This document shows, piece by piece, positions 49,825 to 58,391 of a DNA stretch of 64,000 nt. This DNA is from an uncultured Actinomycetota bacterium. Its GTDB lineage: Bacteria > Actinomycetota > Actinomycetes > Mycobacteriales > Mycobacteriaceae. The notes under the pieces are model-generated. The model was given only the letters and a program-made list of their open reading frames with translations. It ran no database searches and was not told the DNA's origin. The translations under genes were made by a program, and so were the position numbers. The stretch's first letter is position 1, and each line of letters starts with the position of its first letter. The stretch lies in NCBI GenBank assembly GCA_963843125.1, contig CAWJIX010000007.1:741580-805579 (forward strand). The letters are read 5' to 3'.

Positions 49825-51036
49825 ATGAAAGCAACCGCGGCGAGCCGCGCAAAGTCCACAGTCCGGATGGGTCTCGTCCTCGGCGCCTGCGCCGCCCTTA
49901 TCGTCGCGTGCTCGGGTTCGGAGCAATCCGGTGGCACGGGCGAGTCGCCGCCGAAGATGGAGCCGCTCAGCGCGGTGGGTGACGGCGAGGGTCAGCTCAA
50001 CCTCATCGCATGGGCCGGTTACGCCGAAGACGGCTCCAACGACAAGAGCGTCGACTGGGTGACGCCGTTCGAGAAGAAGACCGGCTGCCAGGTGAACGTC
50101 AAGCTGGGCAACACATCTGACGAGATGGTCCAGCTGATGCGCTCCGGACAGTACGACGGGGTGTCGGCCTCCGGCGACGCGACGCTGCGACTCATCTATG
50201 CCGGTGACGTCGCACCCGTGAACACCGATCTGGTGCCGAGCTACGCCACGATCTCCGACTTCCTCAAGGACAAATCGTGGAACTCCGTCGACGGCCAGAT
50301 GTACGGCATCCCGCACGGTTGGGGTGCCAACCTGCTCATGTACAACCTCGACGTCGTGCGCGATGCCCCCAACTCCTGGAGCGCAGTGTTCGACGGCGCC
50401 GACAAGTACAAGGGCAAGGTGACCGCCTACGACTCCCCCATCTACATCGCCGACGCGGCGCTGTATCTGATGAAATCGAAGCCGGAGTTGGGTATCAAGG
50501 ATCCGTATTCGCTGACCTCCGAACAACTCGATGCGGCAGCCGATCTGCTGAAGAAGCAGCGCGAAAACGTTAGCGAGTACTGGTCGGACTACACCAAAGA
50601 GGTACAGGCCTTCGAATCGGGCACGTCGGTGATCGGCACCACCTGGCAGGTCATCGCGAACCTGATCGGCACCGACAACAAGGTTCAGGTCAATACGGTG
50701 CTGCCGAAGGAGGGCGCCACGGGGTGGTCCGACACGTGGATGATCTCGTCGAAGGCCGCGCATCCCAACTGCATGTACAAGTGGATGGACTGGATCACGT
50801 CGCCGGAAGTCAACGCGCAGGTGGCCGAATACTTCGGCGAGGCGCCGGCGCAGACGAAAGCGTGTGAGCACACCAGCGAGAAGGACTTCTGCGACATCTT
50901 CCACGCGACCGACGCCGACTACGCCGGCCAGATTCACTATTGGACGACGCCACAGAAGCAGTGTGTCGACGGCAGCGGTGACAACTGCACGACCTACGAC
51001 GAGTGGGTCACCAAGTGGCAGCAGATCAAGGGGTAG
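49825..51036 (+). CDS. potD: Polyamine-type ABC substrate-binding lipoprotein
   Basis: Lipobox IVAC, LIAWAGY, EGATGWSDTW; the exact substrate is not determinable. Confidence 0.82.
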   Translation: MKATAASRAKSTVRMGLVLGACAALIVACSGSEQSGGTGESPPKMEPLSAVGDGEGQLNLIAWAGYAEDGSNDKSVDWVTPFEKKTGCQVNVKLGNTSDEMVQLMRSGQYDGVSASGDATLRLIYAGDVAPVNTDLVPSYATISDFLKDKSWNSVDGQMYGIPHGWGANLLMYNLDVVRDAPNSWSAVFDGADKYKGKVTAYDSPIYIADAALYLMKSKPELGIKDPYSLTSEQLDAAADLLKKQRENVSEYWSDYTKEVQAFESGTSVIGTTWQVIANLIGTDNKVQVNTVLPKEGATGWSDTWMISSKAAHPNCMYKWMDWITSPEVNAQVAEYFGEAPAQTKACEHTSEKDFCDIFHATDADYAGQIHYWTTPQKQCVDGSGDNCTTYDEWVTKWQQIKG

Positions 51037-51059
51037 CCGGCCAGCCGATCTCGGCGTCC

Positions 51060-51881
51060 ATGGGACGCCGGATCGCGCTGACCTTCCTCCTTGTCCCGCC
51101 GATGGCCTGGTTGGTGTTGGCCTACCTGGGATCGCTTGCGGTGCTATTGGTTTCGGCGTTCTGGAGCACCAACAGCTTCACCGGCAAGGTCGTCCACAAG
51201 TTCACCACCCACAACATCGTCGAGGCGTTCACCAGCACGGTGTTCCGGGTCACCACCCTGCGTACCGTCGGCGTGGCGGTGCTGGTCACCGTGATCTGCA
51301 TCGTGCTGGCCGTACCGTTGGCGCTGTACATGGCCAAGGTGGCCTCGCCGCATGTGCGGTTGCTGCTGGTGATCGCGGTGACCACACCGCTGTGGGCGAG
51401 TTATCTGGTCAAGGCATACGCGTGGCGGATGCTTCTGTCGCCGGAAGGCCCGTTGGCGTGGGTGGGCGGCTACACACCGGGGTACGGCCTTGCGGCCACC
51501 GTGATCACCCTGACCTATCTGTGGCTGCCGTACATGATCATTCCGGTGTTCGCCGCATTCGACCGGGTGCCCGATTCGTTGATCGACGCCAGCTCGGATC
51601 TCGGCGCCTCCGATGTCTCAACTCTACGGATGGTGATGGCGCCCTTGGTGTTTCCGGGCATCGCCGCGGGATCGATCTTCACCTTCTCGCTGTCACTCGG
51701 TGACTACATCGCGGTGACCATCGTCGGCGGCAAGACACAGCTGCTCGGCAACGTCATCTACGGCCAGCTGGTGACCGCAAACAATCAGCCGCTGGCCGCC
51801 GCGCTGTCGATCATTCCGCTGGCGGCGATCATCCTGTACCTGTTGGCGATGCGCCGCACCGGCGCCCTGGAGAACGTCTGA
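51060..51881 (+). CDS. potB: ABC permease (PotB-like)
   Basis: WASYLVKAYAW, EAA-like DASSDLGA, GDYI. Confidence 0.85.
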   Translation: MGRRIALTFLLVPPMAWLVLAYLGSLAVLLVSAFWSTNSFTGKVVHKFTTHNIVEAFTSTVFRVTTLRTVGVAVLVTVICIVLAVPLALYMAKVASPHVRLLLVIAVTTPLWASYLVKAYAWRMLLSPEGPLAWVGGYTPGYGLAATVITLTYLWLPYMIIPVFAAFDRVPDSLIDASSDLGASDVSTLRMVMAPLVFPGIAAGSIFTFSLSLGDYIAVTIVGGKTQLLGNVIYGQLVTANNQPLAAALSIIPLAAIILYLLAMRRTGALENV

Positions 51882-52681
51882 TGCTCTCGGTCGGCGCGCG
51901 GCGCGCAGTGCGGGCGTGGACGGTGTTGATCCTGCTGTTCCTCTACATCCCCCTGGCTCTGGTGCTTGTCAACGCTTTCAACTCGTCCCGGACGTTCGCG
52001 TTTCCGCCGAGCGGGTTCACGACGCGGTGGTGGGCGACCGCGTGGCACAGCGAAGGAATGTGGAAGTCGCTCGGCAACTCGGTAGTGGTCGGCATCGGCG
52101 CGACGGCAATCGCGCTGATGCTCGGCACCATGGCCGCATTCGCCGTGCAGCGGTACCGGTTCTTCGGCCGGGAAGCGGTGAGTTTCCTTGTGGTGCTGCC
52201 GATCACGTTGCCAGGCATCGTGACCGGCATCGCGCTCAACGCCACCTTCATCTCAGCGCTCGGCGTGACACTGGGATTGGCCACGGTAATCATCGGGCAT
52301 GCCACGTTCTGCATCGTCATCGTCTTCAACAACACCCAGGCGCGGCTGCGGAGGCTCGGCGCCAGCCTGGAGGACGCGTCGGCCGACCTCGGCGCCTCAC
52401 CGTGGCAGACGTTCCGCTACGTCACCTTCCCGATGATGCGCGGCGCACTCGTCGCGGGCGCGATACTGGCGTTCGCGCTCAGCTTCGACGAGATCGTGGT
52501 GACCACGTTCACCGCGGGACCGACGGTACAGACGCTGCCCATCTGGATTTTCGGCAACCTGTTCCGGCCGAACCAGGCACCGGTCATCAACGTCGTCGCG
52601 GCGGCGCTCACGCTCGTCGCGATCATTCCGGTATGGCTGGCCCAGCGGTTCGGCGGCGACCCGGCGACAACCCGCGTGTGA
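51881..52681 (+). CDS. potC: ABC permease (PotC-like)
   Basis: FLYIPL, LEDASADLGA, SFDEIVVT. Confidence 0.85.
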   Translation: MLSVGARRAVRAWTVLILLFLYIPLALVLVNAFNSSRTFAFPPSGFTTRWWATAWHSEGMWKSLGNSVVVGIGATAIALMLGTMAAFAVQRYRFFGREAVSFLVVLPITLPGIVTGIALNATFISALGVTLGLATVIIGHATFCIVIVFNNTQARLRRLGASLEDASADLGASPWQTFRYVTFPMMRGALVAGAILAFALSFDEIVVTTFTAGPTVQTLPIWIFGNLFRPNQAPVINVVAAALTLVAIIPVWLAQRFGGDPATTRV

Positions 52682-53420
52682 ACGACGTACCGGCCTGCTT
52701 CCAGTCTCCGCGGGCCACGATTTCCGTGATGTAGTCGGAGGCAGCCGCCACCATGTCGCGTTGCAGTGCCTTGTCGAGCAGGTGGGTCACGACCGCGACA
52801 CCGAGATCCCGGTAGTCCCGAATGAGCGCGGCCACGTCATCCATCTCGTCGGCCGTCGGCACATAGTCGGCTCCGTACCGGGCGGCGACGGACTCCTCGA
52901 GCGCGGCAACCAGCGTGGCTGCCAGGTCGTCGATGGTGCCACCCGTGGACTCGACGACCCGCAGAATCATCTGCACGTAAGACAGTTGGTCGCTCGAACG
53001 CGTGACGATCGCCGCCATCCCCGGGTGAAGCAGGGCGATCGAATCCCCGACATGCTCGGCGAGCCCGTGCGACACCAGCCGGTGGGCCTCATCACTGCCG
53101 GGATCGAGGTCGAGGGCGACGGGCGCCGACGGGGGCTCGTCGGTTCTTGTTCCGAGCACCGCCTGCTGGACGCCAAGGATCGCCGCGAGATCATGGCCCT
53201 CCCGCATGCGGGCGAAGAACTCGGCGATGTGCGCGGAGTTGTAGCCCTTGCGCAGCAGCTGGTTGATGGTGTTCAGCTGGGACAAGTGATAGTCGTCGTA
53301 GAACGCCGAGCGCCCCTGCCGACGCGGCGGGTCGAGCAGACCGCGTTCTCGGTAGGCGCGGATGTTGCGGGAGCTCACCCCCGAGATTCGCGCGAGGTCG
53401 TCCAGTCGGTATTCAGCCAA
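52623..53420 (-). CDS. MerR-family transcriptional regulator
   Basis: YRLDDLARISGVSSRNIRAYRERGLL; TTG start; 3' end overlaps potC convergently. Confidence 0.85.
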   Translation of the reverse strand: MAEYRLDDLARISGVSSRNIRAYRERGLLDPPRRQGRSAFYDDYHLSQLNTINQLLRKGYNSAHIAEFFARMREGHDLAAILGVQQAVLGTRTDEPPSAPVALDLDPGSDEAHRLVSHGLAEHVGDSIALLHPGMAAIVTRSSDQLSYVQMILRVVESTGGTIDDLAATLVAALEESVAARYGADYVPTADEMDDVAALIRDYRDLGVAVVTHLLDKALQRDMVAAASDYITEIVARGDWKQAGTSFTRGLSPGRRRTAGPAIPE

Positions 53421-53569
53421 ACCTGCGCACCCTCCGTCGACGGGGGCGGCCACCTCTCATGCCGACACTCTAATACCCGCGCGACCACTTTGAGCAAAGT
53501 CGTGACGGGAGCTGTCACAAGCCGAGCCTTGCCTAAGCTATGGCATCCGATCTTCACATATGTCCCGCA

Positions 53570-53585
53570 TGTGACATCTATCACC
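53570..53585. promoter_or_regulatory. CRP-type site
   Basis: TGTGA-CATCTA-TCACC (one mismatch to TGTGA-N6-TCACA). Confidence 0.55.
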
Positions 53586-53645
53586 ACATCGATCTGCAAT
53601 TTCAGCCAACTTCCGACCGAGGTCGCGAGCTATTCCCTGTGTGCG

Positions 53646-53661
53646 GGTGAGTGATCTCACC
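53646..53661. promoter_or_regulatory. CRP-type site
   Basis: GGTGA-GTGATC-TCACC, symmetric GTGA-N6-TCAC. Confidence 0.5.
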
Positions 53662-53747
53662 GGCGCCGGATTGGCGTGCGGGCATTCCGCTACGCGACCA
53701 TGTAGAGGCCGGTCATTAAGACAAAATCAGCTACGAGAGGTAGTCGC

Positions 53748-55025
53748 GTGCGTCCCTGGATCGTTTGGGCCACCGGACTCCTGGCGTACATCGTGGCAGT
53801 CCTCGACCGCACCACGCTCGGGGTTTCGGGGCTGGAGGCCGGCGACCGGTTCGCGGCCAGCCCCGGCGTGCTGTCGTCGTTCGTCGTCTTGCAGATCGTC
53901 GTGTATGCCGGTGCTCAGGTGCCCGCGGGCCTGCTGCTGGACCGGTTCGGCTCCAAGGCGCTGATCCTGGCCGGCGCGACCCTGATGGCCACGGGCCAGC
54001 TGACGCTGGCGTTCACCGAGTCGCTGCCCGCGGCGATCGCGGCGCGCGCGGTGGTCGGGCTCGGCGATGCGGTGACCTTCATCTCGGTGCTGCGTCTGGT
54101 GCCGCACTGGTTTGCACCGAAACAGATACCGCTGGTGACCCAGTTGACCGGCATCTGCGGCCAGCTCGGCCAGGTGCTCTCGGCGGTGCCGTTCCTCGCG
54201 CTGCTCGCGGGTAAAGGCTGGACGACGGCCTACCTGTCGGTGGTCGCGCTCGGCGTGGTGTCGATCGCGCTGACCGTGGCCGCGGTCAAGAACACACCCA
54301 ACGGAACGGTCGCCGACCCGCCGTCCAGTTCAGTGAGCGAGGTGTGGGCCGGCATCAAGACCGTCTGGTTGCGGCCCGGGACCCGGCTCGGCTTCTTCAC
54401 CCATATGGGCACCCAGTTCTCGGTGACCGTTTTCGCGCTCATGTGGGGCCTGCCCTACCTGACCGTCGGCCAAGGGTTGTCGATCCACGTCGCGGGCACG
54501 CTGCTGAGCCTGTCGGTGATCGCGGCCATCGTCGCGGGCATCATGATCGGCGTCTTCACCGGACGCCGCCCCCATCGACGGTCACGCCTGGTGCTCGCGA
54601 TCATCGCGAGCAATGCCACGATCTGGACGGTCGTGCTGGCACTGCCGTCGGCCGCCCCGCTCTGGCTGCTGACCGTGCTCGTCATCGTCATCTCGGTCGG
54701 CGGTCCCGGCTCGATGGTCGGCTTCGACTTCGCCCGCACCTTCAACCCGAGCGCCACGCTGGGCACCGCGCAGGGCATGGTCAATATGGGCGGCTTCGTG
54801 GCCTCACTGCTGGTGATGCAGACGATGGGTCTGATCATCGGTGCGGTGGGCGGTTACTCGTTCGATTCGTTCCGGCTGGCGTGGACGGTCCAGTACGCGA
54901 TCTGGGCACTGGCGACCGTCGGCATCCTGATCACCCGCAAAAAGGCCCGCAGGCAGATGCGCGAGCAGCCCAACCTGTTGGAGGGCTTCGAACCCCATCC
55001 GCCCGAGCCCGCGCCCGCGCGCTGA
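53748..55025 (+). CDS. MFS transporter
   Basis: Motif A GLLLDRFGSK; about 12 TM helices. Confidence 0.9.
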   Translation: MRPWIVWATGLLAYIVAVLDRTTLGVSGLEAGDRFAASPGVLSSFVVLQIVVYAGAQVPAGLLLDRFGSKALILAGATLMATGQLTLAFTESLPAAIAARAVVGLGDAVTFISVLRLVPHWFAPKQIPLVTQLTGICGQLGQVLSAVPFLALLAGKGWTTAYLSVVALGVVSIALTVAAVKNTPNGTVADPPSSSVSEVWAGIKTVWLRPGTRLGFFTHMGTQFSVTVFALMWGLPYLTVGQGLSIHVAGTLLSLSVIAAIVAGIMIGVFTGRRPHRRSRLVLAIIASNATIWTVVLALPSAAPLWLLTVLVIVISVGGPGSMVGFDFARTFNPSATLGTAQGMVNMGGFVASLLVMQTMGLIIGAVGGYSFDSFRLAWTVQYAIWALATVGILITRKKARRQMREQPNLLEGFEPHPPEPAPAR

Positions 55026-55192
55026 CCGAGCTACCTGTTGCGGCTGGAAGCCGCCGAAGTCGCGACGGTGGATGTGGACCGACCCCTAATGAAACGGCGG
55101 CCGCTGCTTGACCAGACCCCTCGGCTGCTCGCCATCGCGAGACTGTGGTGCCGCTCACAATCACCGCGCAACTTCGACGGCTGTCAAAGGGG

Positions 55193-56467
55193 TTAACCCG
55201 TGCCGCGGTCAGCTAAACGCTGCGCGATGGCCTCCTCGGCGTGCCGGTAGCCGAGCAACTCGTAGCCGACAACGGTCACCGCGGGAGCCAGCATGACGAT
55301 CAGCAGGGCATTGGCCATCGACATGCCCCGCCCGACGAAGACCACCGCCACGATCAGCACTGCGACGGTGAGAACGACGAGGAGCAAGTGGAACGGGTCC
55401 CGCGTCCGGAGCAGCCACATATAGAGCAGGTAGACCGCACCGATGAAGATCGCCACCGGTATCGCCACCGACAGCACGGTGCCCACCGCGTCCAGTTTCG
55501 AATGGTGCTCGACGTAGTAGGCGGCGGCGTGCAGACCGGCGCCGGTGCCCACGATCGCCCCGAACACCACCAGGTGCAGATAGCCGAACCGAAACGACAA
55601 ATCTCGACGGGCGTGCAGCAGTTGCGACTGGGGCACGATGAAATACACCCACCACATACCGAATGTCAGGCCGGTGCCGGCCACGGCGACCAGAACGGCT
55701 GACACGCTCCACCCCTGCGCGGAGACGACGGCCGACAGCGAGGCGACAGTGCCGACAACCCCTTCACCGAGCGCGATGATGGTGAGCAGCGAATAGCGTT
55801 CGGCGATGTGATGTGCGTGCCACGGGGTGCCGCCCATGCGCCGCTCGGCCAGCCATGGGCCGAACATCTCGAAAGCCACCAAGGCGGCGGCCCACGCAAA
55901 CGTCGTCAGGACGGACGTGCTGACCACGATCATGACGATCCAGCCGATTTGCGCGACGGTGACCACGGTGGCGTAAGTCAGGCACGCCGCCCGTCGCTGC
56001 GGATCCTGCTTGGCGGCCCGTAACCACTGCGCCATCAAGGCGATTCGCATCACCACATAGCCGGCCACCATCACCCGGTTGTCGACGTGGCGCCCTTCGG
56101 CGATGGACGAGTACATCGCGGGCAGGCCGAGCGACAAGATGATGACGCCGACCATCTGCACCATCGTCGTCACGCGGTAGATCCAATCGTCGGTGTCGTA
56201 GGCCGACGCGAACCAGCTGAAGTTGATCCATGCCCAGCAGATGGAGAACGTCGCGAAGACGAACGCGCCCAGTCCCGCGGCGATGTGGTCATCGGCGAGT
56301 TGATGGGCGAACTCCGAGGCGGCGATGCCGAAGCCGATGACGAAGGTGAGGTCGAACAGCAGCTCCAACGGCGTAGCCGCCCGATGTGCCTCATCAGGGT
56401 CGCGCCCGGACATCTTGCGGATGCGATGCACCTCGACGCGCTTGGCTGGATGCTCGACCTCACTCAT
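55193..56467 (-). CDS. ltrA: Low-temperature requirement protein A family membrane protein
   Basis: ATPLELLFDLTFV, WINFSWF, HHIAERYSLLTIIALGE. Confidence 0.88.
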   Translation of the reverse strand: MSEVEHPAKRVEVHRIRKMSGRDPDEAHRAATPLELLFDLTFVIGFGIAASEFAHQLADDHIAAGLGAFVFATFSICWAWINFSWFASAYDTDDWIYRVTTMVQMVGVIILSLGLPAMYSSIAEGRHVDNRVMVAGYVVMRIALMAQWLRAAKQDPQRRAACLTYATVVTVAQIGWIVMIVVSTSVLTTFAWAAALVAFEMFGPWLAERRMGGTPWHAHHIAERYSLLTIIALGEGVVGTVASLSAVVSAQGWSVSAVLVAVAGTGLTFGMWWVYFIVPQSQLLHARRDLSFRFGYLHLVVFGAIVGTGAGLHAAAYYVEHHSKLDAVGTVLSVAIPVAIFIGAVYLLYMWLLRTRDPFHLLLVVLTVAVLIVAVVFVGRGMSMANALLIVMLAPAVTVVGYELLGYRHAEEAIAQRLADRGTG

Positions 56468-56523
56468 GATCTGCAGAGTTTGCCCAGCCGCCGCGACACT
56501 GTCCAACGAGCCGACGCGGAAAG

Positions 56524-56539
56524 AAGTAGTCGACTACGC
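56524..56539 (+). promoter_or_regulatory. Putative activator box upstream of the SARP-like gene
   Basis: AAGTAG-TCGA-CTACGC, 23 nt before CATGAT (56563-56568). Confidence 0.55.
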
Positions 56540-56604
56540 ATGCCGTCGCGCCGCGTGCTTCGCATGATCGACCGCAGAGGCCGGACGAGATGGAGGCAGG
56601 CGTG

Positions 56605-57111
56605 ATGTCGGAACAGTTCACGATCACCATGCTGGGTGGGTTTGAGGTCTACCGCGACGGTCAGTTGCTCGACGTGCCGCCTTCATGCCAGCGGTTGATA
56701 GCGCTCGCCGCGCTGAAACGCCGGACAGTGCCCCGCAGCTGGGTATGCCGCACGCTGTGGCCGACGACGCGGCCCGATCGGGCGACGGCGCGCTTGCGCA
56801 CGACGCTGTGGCGGCTGCGCCCGATGGGGGCCGACACCATGCTGACGGTCACCCCGCAGTCGATCGCTATCGCGCCCGACGTGTCGGTGGACTGGTACGA
56901 CTCGGTGGATCTGATCGGTCAACTGCTGGGTCATCGCGAACCGGCCGGGCCGGATCGAGACGTCGCGGGCGAATTGCTTCCGCTGTTGCAAGCGGGCGCA
57001 CTGCTCGACGGGTGGGCCGACGACTGGACGGCATACGCCAGGGACACCTATCGGGAACTCAGGCTCGACGCGCTCGACAGGCTCATGGGCGCATGTGCAC
57101 AGAACGGGTAG
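56605..57111 (+). CDS. SARP/AfsR-like regulator, short (winged helix plus partial BTAD)
   Basis: ITMLGGFEV, LWP...A.ARLRTTLWRLR, LLDGWADDW...RELRLDAL; ends before the usual BTAD TPR helices. Confidence 0.75.
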   Translation: MSEQFTITMLGGFEVYRDGQLLDVPPSCQRLIALAALKRRTVPRSWVCRTLWPTTRPDRATARLRTTLWRLRPMGADTMLTVTPQSIAIAPDVSVDWYDSVDLIGQLLGHREPAGPDRDVAGELLPLLQAGALLDGWADDWTAYARDTYRELRLDALDRLMGACAQNG

Positions 57112-57121
57112 TGCGCTACGC
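57106..57121 (+). promoter_or_regulatory. Putative activator box upstream of the 38-aa gene
   Basis: GGGTAG-TGCG-CTACGC, 24 nt before TACGAT (57146-57151); contains the SARP stop codon. Confidence 0.55.
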
Positions 57122-57190
57122 GTGCGTGTCGCTGTGAACGATTCCTACGATTTCATCGTCAAATAGGTACACAGAGATTGGACCAGAGCT

Positions 57191-57307
57191 ATGAGCGCCC
57201 TATTCGTGACCTGCCTGAGCCTGGCGGTGACACTCGCCGCACTCGGCGTGCACGAATTGCAGGCGCGGCTCGAGCGCTGGGACTACGAACGGCACGCCGA
57301 AGACTAG
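57191..57307 (+). CDS. 38-aa single-TM small protein
   Basis: Hand-translated: MSALFVTCLSLAVTLAALGVHELQARLERWDYERHAED; not in the ORF track. Confidence 0.72.
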   Translation: MSALFVTCLSLAVTLAALGVHELQARLERWDYERHAED

Positions 57308-57378
57308 ATGCAATGGCCGGGCTCCTCATCGCGGCTCGTACCTCGCCGCTTGATCGTCACCCGACTACCGTCGGTCGA

Positions 57379-57801
57379 GTGGACGAACTCACCGGCGACG
57401 TCATCGCTTTTCTCTCCGAGGGCACGCGGACCGGAAAACTCGGATACACCGCATCCGACGGCCGCCCCTTGGTTGCACCCATCTGGTTCGTCGTGGACAA
57501 CGGCACGCTGGCGTTCAACACCGGCAAAGAAACCGCCAAAGGCCGTGCGTTGGCGCGCGACTCGCGGGCAGTGATTTGTGTCGACGATCAGCGGCCGCCC
57601 TATTCGTTCGTGCAGGTGCAGGGCACCGTATCGATCAGCGAGGACGCGCAGGATCTGCTCGACATCGCCACCAGGACGGGAGCGCGGTACATGGGTGCCG
57701 ACCGTGCGGAGGAATTCGGCCGCCGCAACGGCGTTCCCGGCGAGCTCGTTGTTCGGCTGCGACCGACGAAGGTCCTCAAGGTTTTCGATGTGGCCGAATA
57801 G
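57379..57801 (+). CDS. PPOX-class F420-dependent oxidoreductase
   Basis: RTGKLG...DGRP.VAPIWF, KGRAL.RD.R..ICVDD..PPYSFV; leaderless TACCGT 7 nt before GTG. Confidence 0.88.
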   Translation: MDELTGDVIAFLSEGTRTGKLGYTASDGRPLVAPIWFVVDNGTLAFNTGKETAKGRALARDSRAVICVDDQRPPYSFVQVQGTVSISEDAQDLLDIATRTGARYMGADRAEEFGRRNGVPGELVVRLRPTKVLKVFDVAE

Positions 57802-57860
57802 TCCGGAATCACGACGGTGGCTGGCGCCATGGTTTACACAATGAACTAGGTTTGTCAGTT

Positions 57861-58391
57861 ATGGACGGCTACGCCTACGACACCGCGCTGCTGATACTGC
57901 GCGTGTGCCTCGGCCTCACCATGGCGGCACACGGCTACAACAAATTCTTCGGCGGCGGCCGGATACCCGGCACCGCGGGCTGGTTCGAGAGCATCGGGAT
58001 GAAACCCGGCATGCTGCACGCCCGCATCGCCGCCACTACCGAGATGGCGGCGGGCCTCGGGTTGGCCGTTGGTCTGCTCACCCCGGTTCCTGCGGCCGGC
58101 TTCGTCGCCCTGATGCTGGTGGCGGCGTGGACCGTGCACCGCCCGAACGGTTTCTTCATCGTCAAAGAGGGCTGGGAGTACAACTTGGTGCTCGCGGTCG
58201 CCGCTGTGGCGATCGCCGGTCTCGGCGCAGGCCGGTTCAGCCTCGACCACGTCCTGTTCTCGGGCACCGGTTTCTACGACTTCTTGCACGGCTGGTGGGG
58301 ATTGCTGATCGCGGCCGGGCTCGGCCTCCTGGGCGGCATCGGCCAGTTGGTGTTGTTCTATCGTCCGCCGCAACCGGCCGAGGCTAACTGA
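57861..58391 (+). CDS. DoxX family membrane protein
   Basis: LRVCLGLTMAAHG..K, GWEY, GAGRFSLD. Confidence 0.9.
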   Translation: MDGYAYDTALLILRVCLGLTMAAHGYNKFFGGGRIPGTAGWFESIGMKPGMLHARIAATTEMAAGLGLAVGLLTPVPAAGFVALMLVAAWTVHRPNGFFIVKEGWEYNLVLAVAAVAIAGLGAGRFSLDHVLFSGTGFYDFLHGWWGLLIAAGLGLLGGIGQLVLFYRPPQPAEAN

